64,000 nt of DNA from Balamuthia mandrillaris (taxonomy: Eukaryota). Position 1 is the stretch's first letter; each line of letters opens with the position of its first letter. Positions 1 through 10,748 of this stretch are shown here, in pieces. Below the pieces are notes generated by a model, which worked only from the letters and a program-made list of their open reading frames with translations, was not told the origin of the DNA and did no database searches. A program made the translations under genes and the position numbers. Where the stretch lies: contig JAVKOQ020000050.1 in the NCBI GenBank assembly GCA_031835245.2, positions 1 through 64,000 on the forward strand. Reading direction: 5' to 3'.

Positions 1-72
1 TAATTTTTCCAAAAAAATATGGGCGAGTTACGCCAGAAAGGGTTCCTTTTCTCTCTTCCATTGTCACCCTGG

Positions 73-267
73 TCACGGATCACGTCCATCACAAAAAAAG
101 AGTTTAGTGGCCACCGCCGCGGCCCCTGCCGCCGGGCGACGGAGAGGGGGAGCCGAACATGTATGCTGCACGCCTCTGCCGGCGGCGGGCCGCTGTGGCG
201 CGGCTGCTAGCAGCTCGTCGAGCCTCTGGATGGCCTGGGTAAGCTCTTCCACCGTGTTGCGGTCCAT
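73..267 (-). CDS. Short GC-rich ORF of unknown function (possibly the start of a gene running off the window edge)
   Basis: ATG at 267 follows an A-rich leader; reads MDRNTVEELTQAIQRLDELLAAA... No recognisable domain. Removing one base from the A7 run at 93-99 would keep the frame open to position 1. Confidence 0.25.
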   Translation of the reverse strand: MDRNTVEELTQAIQRLDELLAAAPQRPAAGRGVQHTCSAPPLRRPAAGAAAVATKLFFCDGRDP

Positions 268-421
268 GGTTGCATATATGTTTCTTCTTTACCACCAACT
301 TCTGTTTAACCAAAAAAAAAAAATGGATGAAATGTTTTGCAATTTTTTATTTTAATCCTTTGTTATAACCTCAGTTACTGTAACATTGGCACCAACAACA
401 CACACCCACAACTGGCTTCAT

Positions 422-1690
422 TCATGAGCTCTGCTGCTGTTGCGAGGAGGAAAGATAGCACCGCCCCTTGCACACCACGCAGGGCCTGTAGTGCAAGGAG
501 AACTGGTCGCAGCAGCCAAAGGGACCCACCCCGCCCTTCCCCGCGCAATTCTCGCACCGTTGCACCCCCTTGGTGACCGTTCCCTGGCCATCACAGGTGG
601 GACAGCTGGCGAGGGCGTGCACGCTGGAGGGCTCGCAGGGTCCGAACGCACCCAACGTCCCCGTGCCCTCGCAGCAAGGGCACAGAGCGGCGTTGGAGCC
701 GGCAGCAGAGGCCATCCTTTGCAGGGCAAAGCTTTTGGTGCGTTGGAGCATGGCAGAGCTGGCGGTGAGCGGTTTGTTCTTTGGCCTCTTTTTCTCTTCG
801 CCTTCCACTGCTTCTTCCTCCTCATCCTCCTCTTCATAGAGGTTGAGAATGGCGCGTCGGTCCAGGCAGTAAACTACAAACGTGGGGACGCCGTAGTGCC
901 CCACAGCCACCCAAGTGCCGGGCAGGAAGGAGTTGACGAGGGAGGGATCGCGGTCCTCGTCTCCGACCACAGAGAAGATGGTCACGTTGAGCTTGGCGCC
1001 CGTTCCACGATCACACCACACTCGCTGCTCCGAGCATTTGGCGGGATGAGCTACCTGTGAACGGGAAGAAAAATGAATAAATAGCAAAAGAAAGGTAGAG
1101 AGAAAGCGACATGAGCAGAAAATAACGAACGAAACGAACAAGAGCAATCAGAAAGGAGAAAGAAGAAAGATTGACGTACACTATGATGAACACAGCGAAT
1201 GATGTCCAAAGGTGGTTTGTTGTGATCAGCAGTTATGACGAAGCCCAGAGAAACGAAGCCTGGCGGTGGAACTGGAAGCCACATGGAACAAGGTGTTTTG
1301 CAACGCGTTCCTCTGTCGTTCCATACTTCCCGCCAGTCCACTGGCTAATATCAGAAGAAGAAATAAGGAGAAGAAGAACAAGAAGAAGAACAAGAAGAAA
1401 CAAGAACAAACGAAGAAGAACAAGAACACGTATTATGAGCAAACCTTTCGAAGGTATTCAGGAAATAACGGGTTACGTTCTGAGACAACATAAACGGGTT
1501 CCTCTCCACCAGCCTCTCCTTTGGGTTGTGGGTCATAGTAAGGCCTCGCCACGTCCCCAACGCTAAAATAGCCCGGTGGCACGATGGGGCGATAGAAGGT
1601 TACGTTTGGCACACGTCCTCCCGAACCTCTGTCCCTCCATATGGGAATGAACTTGTCCACTTTCTTGACTTTGAGCACCCTGGGGATCAT
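422..1690 (-). CDS. Vps62/DUF946-like repeat protein with C-terminal DnaJ-type CxxCxGxG zinc finger (3 exons)
   Basis: Three units WxDRG[ST]G/R..., two with P[IV]PPG[YF]xS[LV]G (WRDRGSGG..YRPIVPPGYFSVGD; WNDRGT..WLPVPPPGFVSLG; WCDRGTGAK). Then CPCCEGTG, CPTCDGQG, CENCAGKG, CVVCKGR. In-frame GT-AG introns at about 1444-1345 and 1179-1055. Confidence 0.75.
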
Positions 1691-2240
1691 TTCCTACTTT
1701 TTACAAAGGTGTAAAACGAGTGGAGTGAGATCGAATCGAAGCTTTACCCTGCGAAGAAACGGGGGGTATGATGTACCGAAGTGCCAGAGGAGGAACGATT
1801 GGAGCTGTTGGAGCTCAGCTGCGCGGACGACCGAGAACCACCACCACCACTCGCCATTTTTGTTTTTTCTCTCCACCGCTACTTTGCTTCTCTCTTCTTT
1901 CGTGTCTTTCCTCTCTCTCGCTCGTCTCTAATCTCATCTCTTCTCTCCTGTCCGGATGATTTGTCGGGGGAAATCCTCCAGTTCGACGCCAGATGGACGC
2001 ACCTTGGTTTTTTTACAAATTTCCATTTTGAAATTTCGCATGTAGAATATTTTAATGTCGACAAACTCATTCTGATTTTTGTCGACGCGCTACAAAAAAA
2101 AAAAGTAACGAAAGAAAACGTAGCAGAGATGAAAAAAACAGTTTGAAGGGAGAAGAAAGAAGAAGAAAACTAAAACGACGACCATAAAGGATTATTCTTC
2201 GCACAACACAACAACCACCACAACCTTAAAACGAGGGAGA

Positions 2241-5200
2241 ATGAAACGGGTATCCAAGCTGCTGTTAACGTTGGACCAGGAAACCAGGCTCAGCGCGGAG
2301 GAGGAGCTCAGCATCCAGCAGGCTTTGTTGGATGACCTCAGCAGCGGGCTTGTTCATTCTTCTATCCCTTCGCCTTATTCTTCTCCCTCTTCCTCATCGA
2401 TGTCTTCTCCGCACCAACAACAACAACAACAGCTGGCACAAAACGACGAGGAGGAAGAGAAAATAGTGCTCAACCGCCACAAACGAAAGAACAGCAAACG
2501 CCGCAGACACAAAGCGGAGAAGCGCAACTCCCTGCCTCTGATTTCCTCTTTCTCTCCTTCTTCTAGTTCATCTTCTTCTTCTGCCAGTCGTGGTCGGCGA
2601 CGCCACAACGCCGACCCCAAGAAAAAAGACTCTGCCAAAACCATTCCTGCCACCACCTCCTCGGCGCTACGCCGGAGCAGCAAGAAAGCCTTCAGAAAGC
2701 ACCTCTCTCATCAAAAACGGAAGCCGAGAAAATATAAAGAAGACGAAGAAGACGAGGAAGATGGAGAAACGGAGGAAGAAAACAATTCCTCCTCTTCTTC
2801 CCACGAAGAAGGCGATTCTTCTTCCGCTTCTTCCTACGAAGAAGAAGAAGAAGAGGAAGAGGAAGAACAAGAATGTGACGACGAGTACTCCTGTCTCAGC
2901 AACGAGAGCCTGAGAGCTTACAGGGACGCCACACACAACGAGAGGGGAAGGTGGTCCACTCCCTTTCGACTGACCTCCCTCCCCGTAGAGCTCATCGTCA
3001 TGATCTTCATGCACCTGGAGAGCTTTGAGGACGTGCTGCGCTTGGCCTCGGTCTGCCGGCTGCTGCGGAGGGTAGGGCAGGACCACTGCGTGTGGAGAGG
3101 GCTGTTGGACAAGGCCTTTGGCCAGGGCTCCACCACTCGCAACCTCATTATCTTGGGGCACCAGTCTCAGGTTTGTTTGTTTGTTTGTTTGTTTGTTTGT
3201 TTGTTTGTTTGTTTGTTTGTTTGTTTGTTTGTTTGTTTGTTTGTTTGTTTGTTTGTTTGTTTGTTTGTTTGTTTGTTTGTTTGTTTGTTTGTTTGTTTGT
3301 TTGTTTGTTTGTGCTTTTCTCTCGTCTCGTTCTCTTTCTCTTTGGAAAGGTTTTCGCTTTGGCTTTCTCTGAAACAAACGCAACAGGAGTTATTTCTTCA
3401 TAGCAAAATGGATAAATATAAATTGGGTCGCTATATCTTTGCCACCCGACAAAAGTCGTGTCGCAATCGCCTAAAACCTCTTCGCAACAACAATTCGTTA
3501 TCACCTGATTCCTCCTCTTCTGTACTTACAAGTCAGCAACAACAGCAACAACCATCTTCTCTTTCTTCTTTAGTGGTTTCCTCTCTCTCTGCTTCTTCTG
3601 CTCCTTCTTTTTCGACTTTTGGTGGAAGAAGTGGAAGAACGAGTACAACAGTTTCTCCGAATGGATCTTCCATTTCTCTTTTAGCGATGGCGAAGCGCAG
3701 TCTCAACATTTTCGAGGTAGACACCAACAGCAGCGAAGAAGAAGGTCTTAAGATCGTTAGAGAGGTGACACTTCTTCCATCCAATGCTCCTACTTCTATC
3801 ACTTCTCCTGCTTCTTCCTCCTCTTCTTCCTCTTCTTCTTCGTTTATCGAAGAAGAAAAGGAGCTGCTCGCAGCATTGGAAGCAAGAAGGAAGAGAGAGT
3901 TGCTGAAAAGACAACAGATAAAAGAGGATCAACGTAGAAGAGAGCTGGAAAGAGAACAGCAGATGAGGAAGGAGAAAGAGAGAGGAGTAGATGATCCTCG
4001 AAAGTTTTTCGAGCTGACCGAGGATGGCCTGCGGGTCTCCTTCTTTTTTCAAGGAGTGTTTTGTCATTTGCCGAAGGCTTCAGTACTATTCTTTCTCTTC
4101 TCTGCTCCTCTTCTACTTATCTTTTTATCTTTTATCTCTTACCATACTTTTTTTTTCTTCCGTTTGTTCCTAAACTAGTTGGCCTATTGGACAACACAAG
4201 CACAACATCCTCTCTGTCCATTGTCTCACTCTCTGGAAGGCTGCAAAATCGGTTACTTTGAAATGACTTTGCTCAAGTCAGAAGGCAATTACGTGCTTAC
4301 TTTTGGTTTAATGCGAGAAATGTCTTCTTTGGTCAAAGATAATCCTCACCGTCACTTATCTAAGAAAGACAAAGAGGCGGAAGAAGATGAAGACGAAGCA
4401 GAATCGGAAGAAGGAGGAAGAGAAGAAGAAACGAGAAATGGACAGCGGTCACGACGGCCATTACCGATGAGAATGTGGTCCGTTCATGAGCGTGATCGTG
4501 ATTACGTTGATTCAGGAGGAGAGAGCCCTGAGGAAGGAGGACAAGAAGAACATGAAGAAGAAGACGATGAAGAAGAGGATTTGATGAGAAGTGGTCCTTT
4601 GGAGGGAGAACCTTTGCCTTACCATGTCTCTACAATGTACTTCCTCCTTCCTGTCCTTTTCTCTTCTTATCCGGATTGTGAATTTTTTTTCTTAACCAAA
4701 ATCAAAGGTCAATTGGTTATCATGGCAGTGAGGGTAGAATGTTTTCTCAAAAGCGGGTTTGCAAACGAGAACGCATCCACACGAGTGGAGACAATCTTGG
4801 TCCCATCTTTGACGTAGGAGAGACCATCGGCTGTGGCTTTGACCACACTAACAACAGGATCTTTTTTACACACCAAGGATGTATGATAGGTTTGTTTCTT
4901 CTTTTTCAGTTGTTTTTCCCCCTTCTTTTTTCTGTTTTCTCATCTTTAATCTGTTGTGCCTACCGTCAATAGAGAATGCTGGTTTTGCTTCTGTTCACCT
5001 TCAAAAGTATCGTGACTCGCTCTATCCAAGCATAGCACTAGAGGCAAGCCCTCTCGAAGTTGAGTTCACAGTTAACTTTGGGAAGCAGGCCTTTCTCTTC
5101 GATATAGACGCCTACATTATGGGAACCGATCTAAGAAGATTCATTGAGACGAATCAACACCATCTGCTTCACTCAAATGGTGGCCTTCCTCACATAAGAA

Positions 5201-8200
5201 AGGAAGATGTTGTAGAAATAGAAGAAGCACGAATTCGAAGAGCGGTAGAAGAGGAAGAGGCAGCAGCAAAAGCAGACAAACAAAAAGCAGAAGAGGAGAA
5301 ACACAGCGACGTGAAGCAGAAAGAAAAAAGCTCAGAGAAAACGGAACTAAAGGCAAAAGGAAAAATTTTCGAATTTTTTGACGATGATGACAGCGAAGAA
5401 CAAAGTGACGATGACGATGATGAAGATGGATTTCCAAAGAGAAGAAATTCCTTCTCTGACTTTCCAACCAGAACTGACCGACAAGATTCCTCACCTTGGA
5501 ACGCCATTCGTAACGCAAACCGTCATCATGGTAACGGAAGTAGTAGTGGCAGTCTTCTTCGGAGGAGCACGCAAAGCGCTCGCTATCATCGCCCAAGAAC
5601 GCGCACCTATAGCGATGGCATTTATTATCGCATCGGATTGGAGAGTTTGGGCATTCTTGGTCTCTCTCCAAGAAAACTTTCCAGAAAAGTGAAAGAAAGA
5701 CTTCAACAAAAGGAAGAGCCAGAACAAGAACGAAATCAAGAACGAAGAACAACACGAAAAGAAGGAAGAACCAAAAGCAAGAGCAGAAGCAGAAGCAGAA
5801 GCAGAAGTAGAAATCAGGAGAAGATAAGTCATGACCGCCGCCGCAAGAAAGAAAAGGAACGGAAGAAGAAAACGAGCAATAAGAACAAAAAGAGAATCGA
5901 CGAGAACGAAGCACCAACAACAACAAATTCACCAGCGACATTAAAGGAAGCTAGTGCGAACGAAAAGCGCAATCGCTGCGATTCTCGCCATCGTCGTAGT
6001 GGTCGAAGCAAACGTCGTCCTAAAGAATCAAACAGCAGCGAAAGAAGAGGTCAACGAAAAAGGAACAAAGAGAGCAGAAAACGAGACAAAAGCCAAGCAA
6101 ATGAACATAAAGATACAAAACGAAAACTGGAACAAAGCGCAATTGTCGGTCCCGAAATGGAGGTCAATATCGACATGCACTACTCCCCTGAGTTAATTCG
6201 ACAAGTGGTCGAATTGGGAAGAAGCAGAGACATCGCTCTCAAAAAAGCGTTGCTGCAAAGAGAAGTTCGAATGAGAGCAAAAGCGTTATTTGAGCAAAAG
6301 AATGGTGATGGTAACACTCCAAAAACAAAGAATAACTGGAAAGCAAGTTTTATGGCTCAGAGTGAGGGTTCGGATGCGGAGGATTGTGATCAACGGAGAC
6401 TACTGCATCAGCTTATTCAACAACGATTGGAACAAGGTTATGAAACACAACTTTACTTGAATGGGTATGTTTTGCTTCGCTTCATGTCTACCTTCCTGTT
6501 TTTGCCTTTTGCTCTCTCTGATGCTTTTGCAAACTAAACTTACTGTTTTGTGCAATCAAAAAAAAAAAAAAACCAAAACAAGCCTTCGTTTGTTAAAGCT
6601 GCCAAGTCGTGTTCTCGAGTTTCAATCATTGGAGACACTCGACCTCGGCAAAAACTTCATAACTTCCATCGACCCGATCGTCTTTGAGAGACTCACTAAC
6701 CTTCGTACTCTCCACCTCAACAACAACTATTTGGAGAGCTTACCGTCCACCATCGGCAACTTAGTCAACTTGAAATTCTTAGTTTTGGAGCAAAACCTGT
6801 TGCGATCTATTCCTCCTGAAATTGGTAACCTGGTTAACCTGGAAAAGTTGTTTTTACAAAAGTACGTGTGCTATTTCTTTCTATCTCTGTCTATTTGACT
6901 TTTTTCCTCATAACTATCTCTCATCGATCATGATGAACACAAAAAGCAATCCTATGTTGAGCTCTTTGCCCTCAGAGTTGTGCTATCTGACGCATTTGAA
7001 AGAACTCACGTTACGTAACTGTCCCTGGAAAGAACATCTACGCCAGATATTGAGCTTTCCTTCTGCTGACGCCATTCGACTTTTCTTCCGGCGATATCTT
7101 CCTGGTACTTTTTTGGACTTTAATGTTTATTTGAGAAGAGAGAAAGCGAGAAGCGGAATGAAAAATAGTAGTGAAATGAAAGAGAAATACATTCTAACAA
7201 AACAACTGCAGAAGGAAGTCCAACACCTAGATTCTCTTGGGAGATCCCATTCTCTGAGCTAAAGGTTCTGGAGCCACTGGGACATGGCGCTTTCAGCACT
7301 GTTTATCGTTGTCTGTGGAGAGGCCAACAGTTTGCGCTGAAGAAGTTTGAAGCGGCGGCAGTGCCCGAGAGACAGGTAAGTGAGATGTCGTTTTTCTGTT
7401 TTATTTCCCAAAATACCACACAACCCCCGTGGGTTCCCTCGGCGGCTATAGCCCTCTAGCCCACCCACCTCATCGCCGCCTTCTCGCAAGAACTTTCATT
7501 TGTGGGTTTACTCACTCACTTGTGTGAATTAATTTTAATCCATCAGGAATACATGTGGGTCAAGTTTTGTCAGGAAGCTGGTATCATGAGGTAACTTTGT
7601 TTATTGGTTTTGTTTCGCTTTGCTTTGATAGGGTGTTAATATCTATGCAACAGTTTTCTGAAAGCAACAGGAAATCGATTACACCATGTCGTTGAATTTT
7701 ATGCGGCTTGCACCGAACCACCGAACCTGTGCATCATCCTAGAGTTGGCCTCTTGCGGAAGTCTAGCTTCAATGTTGCGAGATCCTCCCGCGTCTCTTGA
7801 CCTGAGAAAGAAGTGTTGGATCGCATTGGAAATAGCGACTGCCATCCAGGAGATACACAACTTAGAGATCACTCAACAAATATGCCATTGCGACATCCAC
7901 AGTGACAACATTTTGGTATGTATTTCACTTATCTATTTTTCTTTTTGTTGGTACCCTCGTTTTCCATTTCTCTGCTTATTACTTTGTGCACTCACCCACA
8001 TACGAATTATAAACAGTTGATGGATAAAAACTTTGAATCCGTCAAGTTGAACGATCTGGGCCTTAGCAAAATTGCGGAAGGAGGCATCATTCATTTCGGA
8101 GATATTGCACAAGTGCAATATAGAGGCTTTGTTAAAGGTAGGCTCTCACCCTCTTCGTTATGAAGGGTACGTTCTAATGTTTTGCTCTTGTGTTTCTTTG

Positions 8201-9753
8201 CTTAGCAACAATGAATGTGCCTTTTGCGGCTCCTGAGGTGTTGGAATGGGGCTCGTTTTCGCAAGCTGCTGATATCTTTAGTTTTGGGATCGTTTTGGTT
8301 TGTGCTCTCTTCGTTCCCTTGCAAAAGAGCGAAAGGAGAAAACGGAAGAGAAGAGAGCTCAAGATCACACGACTTACACACTTTTTATTCACAGTGGGAA
8401 TTGTTCACTGGCCAAAAAGTATTCGCGGGCAGGAGTGGGTCTTGGGTCGAAAAAACGGTGTGCAGTCGTGGCCGTCCCTCCATTCCATCCTTCATTCCTC
8501 AGTCCATTCAAAAAGTCATCATTTCATGTTGGCAACACATTCGTACAGATAGACCCGTATGTTCTTTCTCATTACCTGTCTTTTTCGTTGTGTAGTTTTT
8601 ACTTTAGCTTTCTTTGTCTTCTTTCGTTTGTTGCTCATTGTTTTTTCTTCCGCTTGCTTAGAAAATCAACGAGATCATCCCTGTTCTTCGAAAGATTCTC
8701 TACGAAACAAAACTTAAAGGCACAATTCAAATCAAGCCAAAATCAGTCCACAGTCGCCGTAACTCCGTCGTCACCACTACCCATTCGACCGCTATATCAT
8801 CCACGTCATCATCCTCAACCACATCTTCCAACTCTTCTTCCTCTTCACCTTCTTCTTCATTCATTATTGCATCAACCAGCAGTAACGATAGCGCTTGCAT
8901 CATAAGCCCAGGAGCCATTTCTAATGCGCTTTTAAGTTTGAGTGCTGTCTCTAACACGAATCTTTTGGCCCTTACCTCTCCTCGTCCTTCTTCTCCATCA
9001 ACTTCTCGCCAAAACGTTCCCCACAACAATCCGATCAAACGGCCTCTCTCTGCTTCTCCCACTTCGTCGTCTTCTACTCCTTCTCCTTCTCCTGCTTCCT
9101 CCTCTCCTAATTCATCGACCACTTCTTCTCCCTCTTCTTCTCTTCCTTCCTCTGGTGCTGGTTCTTCTGTTTCTTCTACGTCTCCATCGTCATCCACTAC
9201 GTCTACATCCACTTCTTCCCTTTCGTCGACATCTTCCTCATCATCAGTTTCTTGGTCGACATCTTTTTCTTCCTCTTCCTCTTCCTCTTCGTCTTCTTCT
9301 TCGTTATCTTCCTCCTCCTCCTCCTCTTCTTCAAATACACTATCAGCAGCAAATAACCACAGAACTCACCAACGAAAAAAATCTCGTTCTTATCGCCCGC
9401 ATTTGGTCATGTTGACCTCCTCATGGGAAGAGCTGTTGAAGAAAGCCAAAGATCGGCTCTACATTGAACCCGGTCGAGTCTTCCTCGCCAGAACAGGAGA
9501 GGAGTTGGACGAGGAGCGGTTCTTGTCCCTGTTCGGTCGGTTCGTGGAGAAAGAGCTGTTCTTGTTCACGGAGGCGGAAGAGGAGGAGTTCAACAATAAC
9601 CATCGCTCCAACAGATGGCCGCAACAACCACACCAACTCAACAACATAAACGATAACGATAAACTGGCCCAACAACTTTATGAAGATCAGCTGCTTTGGA
9701 TTTGTTGCGAAACCAAAGAGAACGCCCAGGAGAAACAACTTTCTTCCTCATGA
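2241..9753 (+). CDS. Multi-exon F-box + SPRY(B30.2) + LRR + TKL-type protein kinase fusion with C-terminal DCX/KHA-like segment
   Basis: F-box LTSLPVELIVMIFMHL..LASVCR. SPRY GYFEMT, SIGYHGSEG, GETIGCG..IFFT, LYPSI..VNFG. LRR LETLDLGKN/LRTLHLNNN/LKFLVLEQN. Kinase LGHGAFSTVY, FALKK, HCDIHSDNIL, DLGLSK, APE, DIFSFGIVLWE. The junctions linking the domains keep frame (e.g. gg|c at 6464/6583, g|aa at 7104/7212, 8556/8662). Confidence 0.85.
3171..3311 (+). repeat. (GTTT)n microsatellite starting at an intron donor
   Basis: Perfect GTTT array directly after cag|; the intron ends at caacag|gag near 3387. Confidence 0.95.
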
Positions 9754-9990
9754 GTTTTAGTTTTTTAAAATAAAAACTATTATACCATAGTGGGCCGTGC
9801 GCGAGCAAGGACCGAACCAGCTTGGGTGGACACTAAGCGGAGCCTATCTGAGGAAAGAACACAAGGAAACGTCAGCGGCGAGGTAAACATGCACACGGCA
9901 AAATGGAGGAGGGAGGGAAGGCTACAGAAGAGGAAGAAGGAGGGAGGATAGGAAGGGAGGGAGGGAAGGGGGAAGGAGAAGAAGAACAGG

Positions 9991-10000
9991 AAAAAAAAAA
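9991..10000 (-). terminator. RNA polymerase III oligo-T terminator of the 5S gene
   Basis: T10 run on the minus strand a few nt after the 5S 3' end. Confidence 0.8.
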
Positions 10001-10004
10001 TGGT

Positions 10005-10123
10005 AGGATACAGCACGATGGATTCCCGGGTGGTCACCCACCCCAGTACTAACATCGCCTGGCGGAGCTTAACTTCGCTGATCGGACGGGAAGCGGTGCT
10101 TTCTCCGCAGTATGGCCGTATCC
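10005..10123 (-). rRNA. 5S ribosomal RNA gene (single dispersed copy)
   Basis: Minus strand reads GGATACGGCCATACTGCGGAGAAAGCACCGCTTCCCGTCCGATCAGCGAAGTTAAGCTCCGCCAGGCGATGTTAGTACTGGGGTGGGTGACCACCCGGGAATCCATCGTGCTGTATCCT (119 nt). Ends are complementary (helix I), box A (AGTTAAGC) and GTTAGTACT are present, and it closely resembles Acanthamoeba 5S as I recall it. Confidence 0.97.
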
Positions 10124-10136
10124 GACCTCTGCTACA

Positions 10137-10218
10137 CTTTCTTGCAGCATAGCCATATCCGACCTCAGTACCCAATGATCCCACTGTAACCTGCCTTTCT
10201 TGCAGTATGACCCTATCC
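10137..10218 (-). pseudogene. Two degenerate ~24-nt copies of the 5S 5' end upstream of the intact gene
   Basis: Minus strand gaggtc-GGATATGGCTATGCTGCAAGAAAG (10137-10166) and GGATAGGGTCATACTGCAAGAAAG (10195-10218), versus the true start gaggtc-GGATACGGCCATACTGCGGAGAAAG. Confidence 0.75.
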
Positions 10219-10643
10219 TATGGTCTTGTGGTTGCTGCGGTTGCTTCATTCAATGCCCACCCTACAAGAGAAGAGGACAAGATAAGGTGGAGGGAAGAGA
10301 AGAGAGACTGAGGAAAGGGTGACTGGTCGGTGGCTTTTCAGGGGAGTTAACTCCAGGACGTCACGGCAGTTGCTATAACGATCACTACGGACCCCTTCGT
10401 GTGATCGTGTTCGCAACAAAAGGTCGAAAACTCCAGCACAAACCCCACGAAAAATACATCCGGTTAATGGAATGGCGTTCCTTGAAGTCAAGAAGCAATG
10501 GCACTGAAATCCATGGAGAGCATCTGGCTATCTTCTCGTGCCTACACTCCATCTCGCCCTTTCGCTCCTGACCGCCCAATCCCGAGCGATCCTGCCCGTT
10601 CAACCTCATGAGTTCTTGGAATATCTTTCTCACGTTTCGTGAC

Positions 10644-10650
10644 TATATAA
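10644..10650 (+). promoter_or_regulatory. TATA box upstream of the YDGG-repeat gene
   Basis: TATATAA about 100 nt upstream of ATG 10749, followed by a CA-rich leader. Confidence 0.55.
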
Positions 10651-10748
10651 CCCCTTGCCTTATCGTCCCATCCATCCACTTTCACAATCATCATTACAAA
10701 ACAACTGCAACCACATCTATCTGCAAACCACTGCGACGACAACCACGG

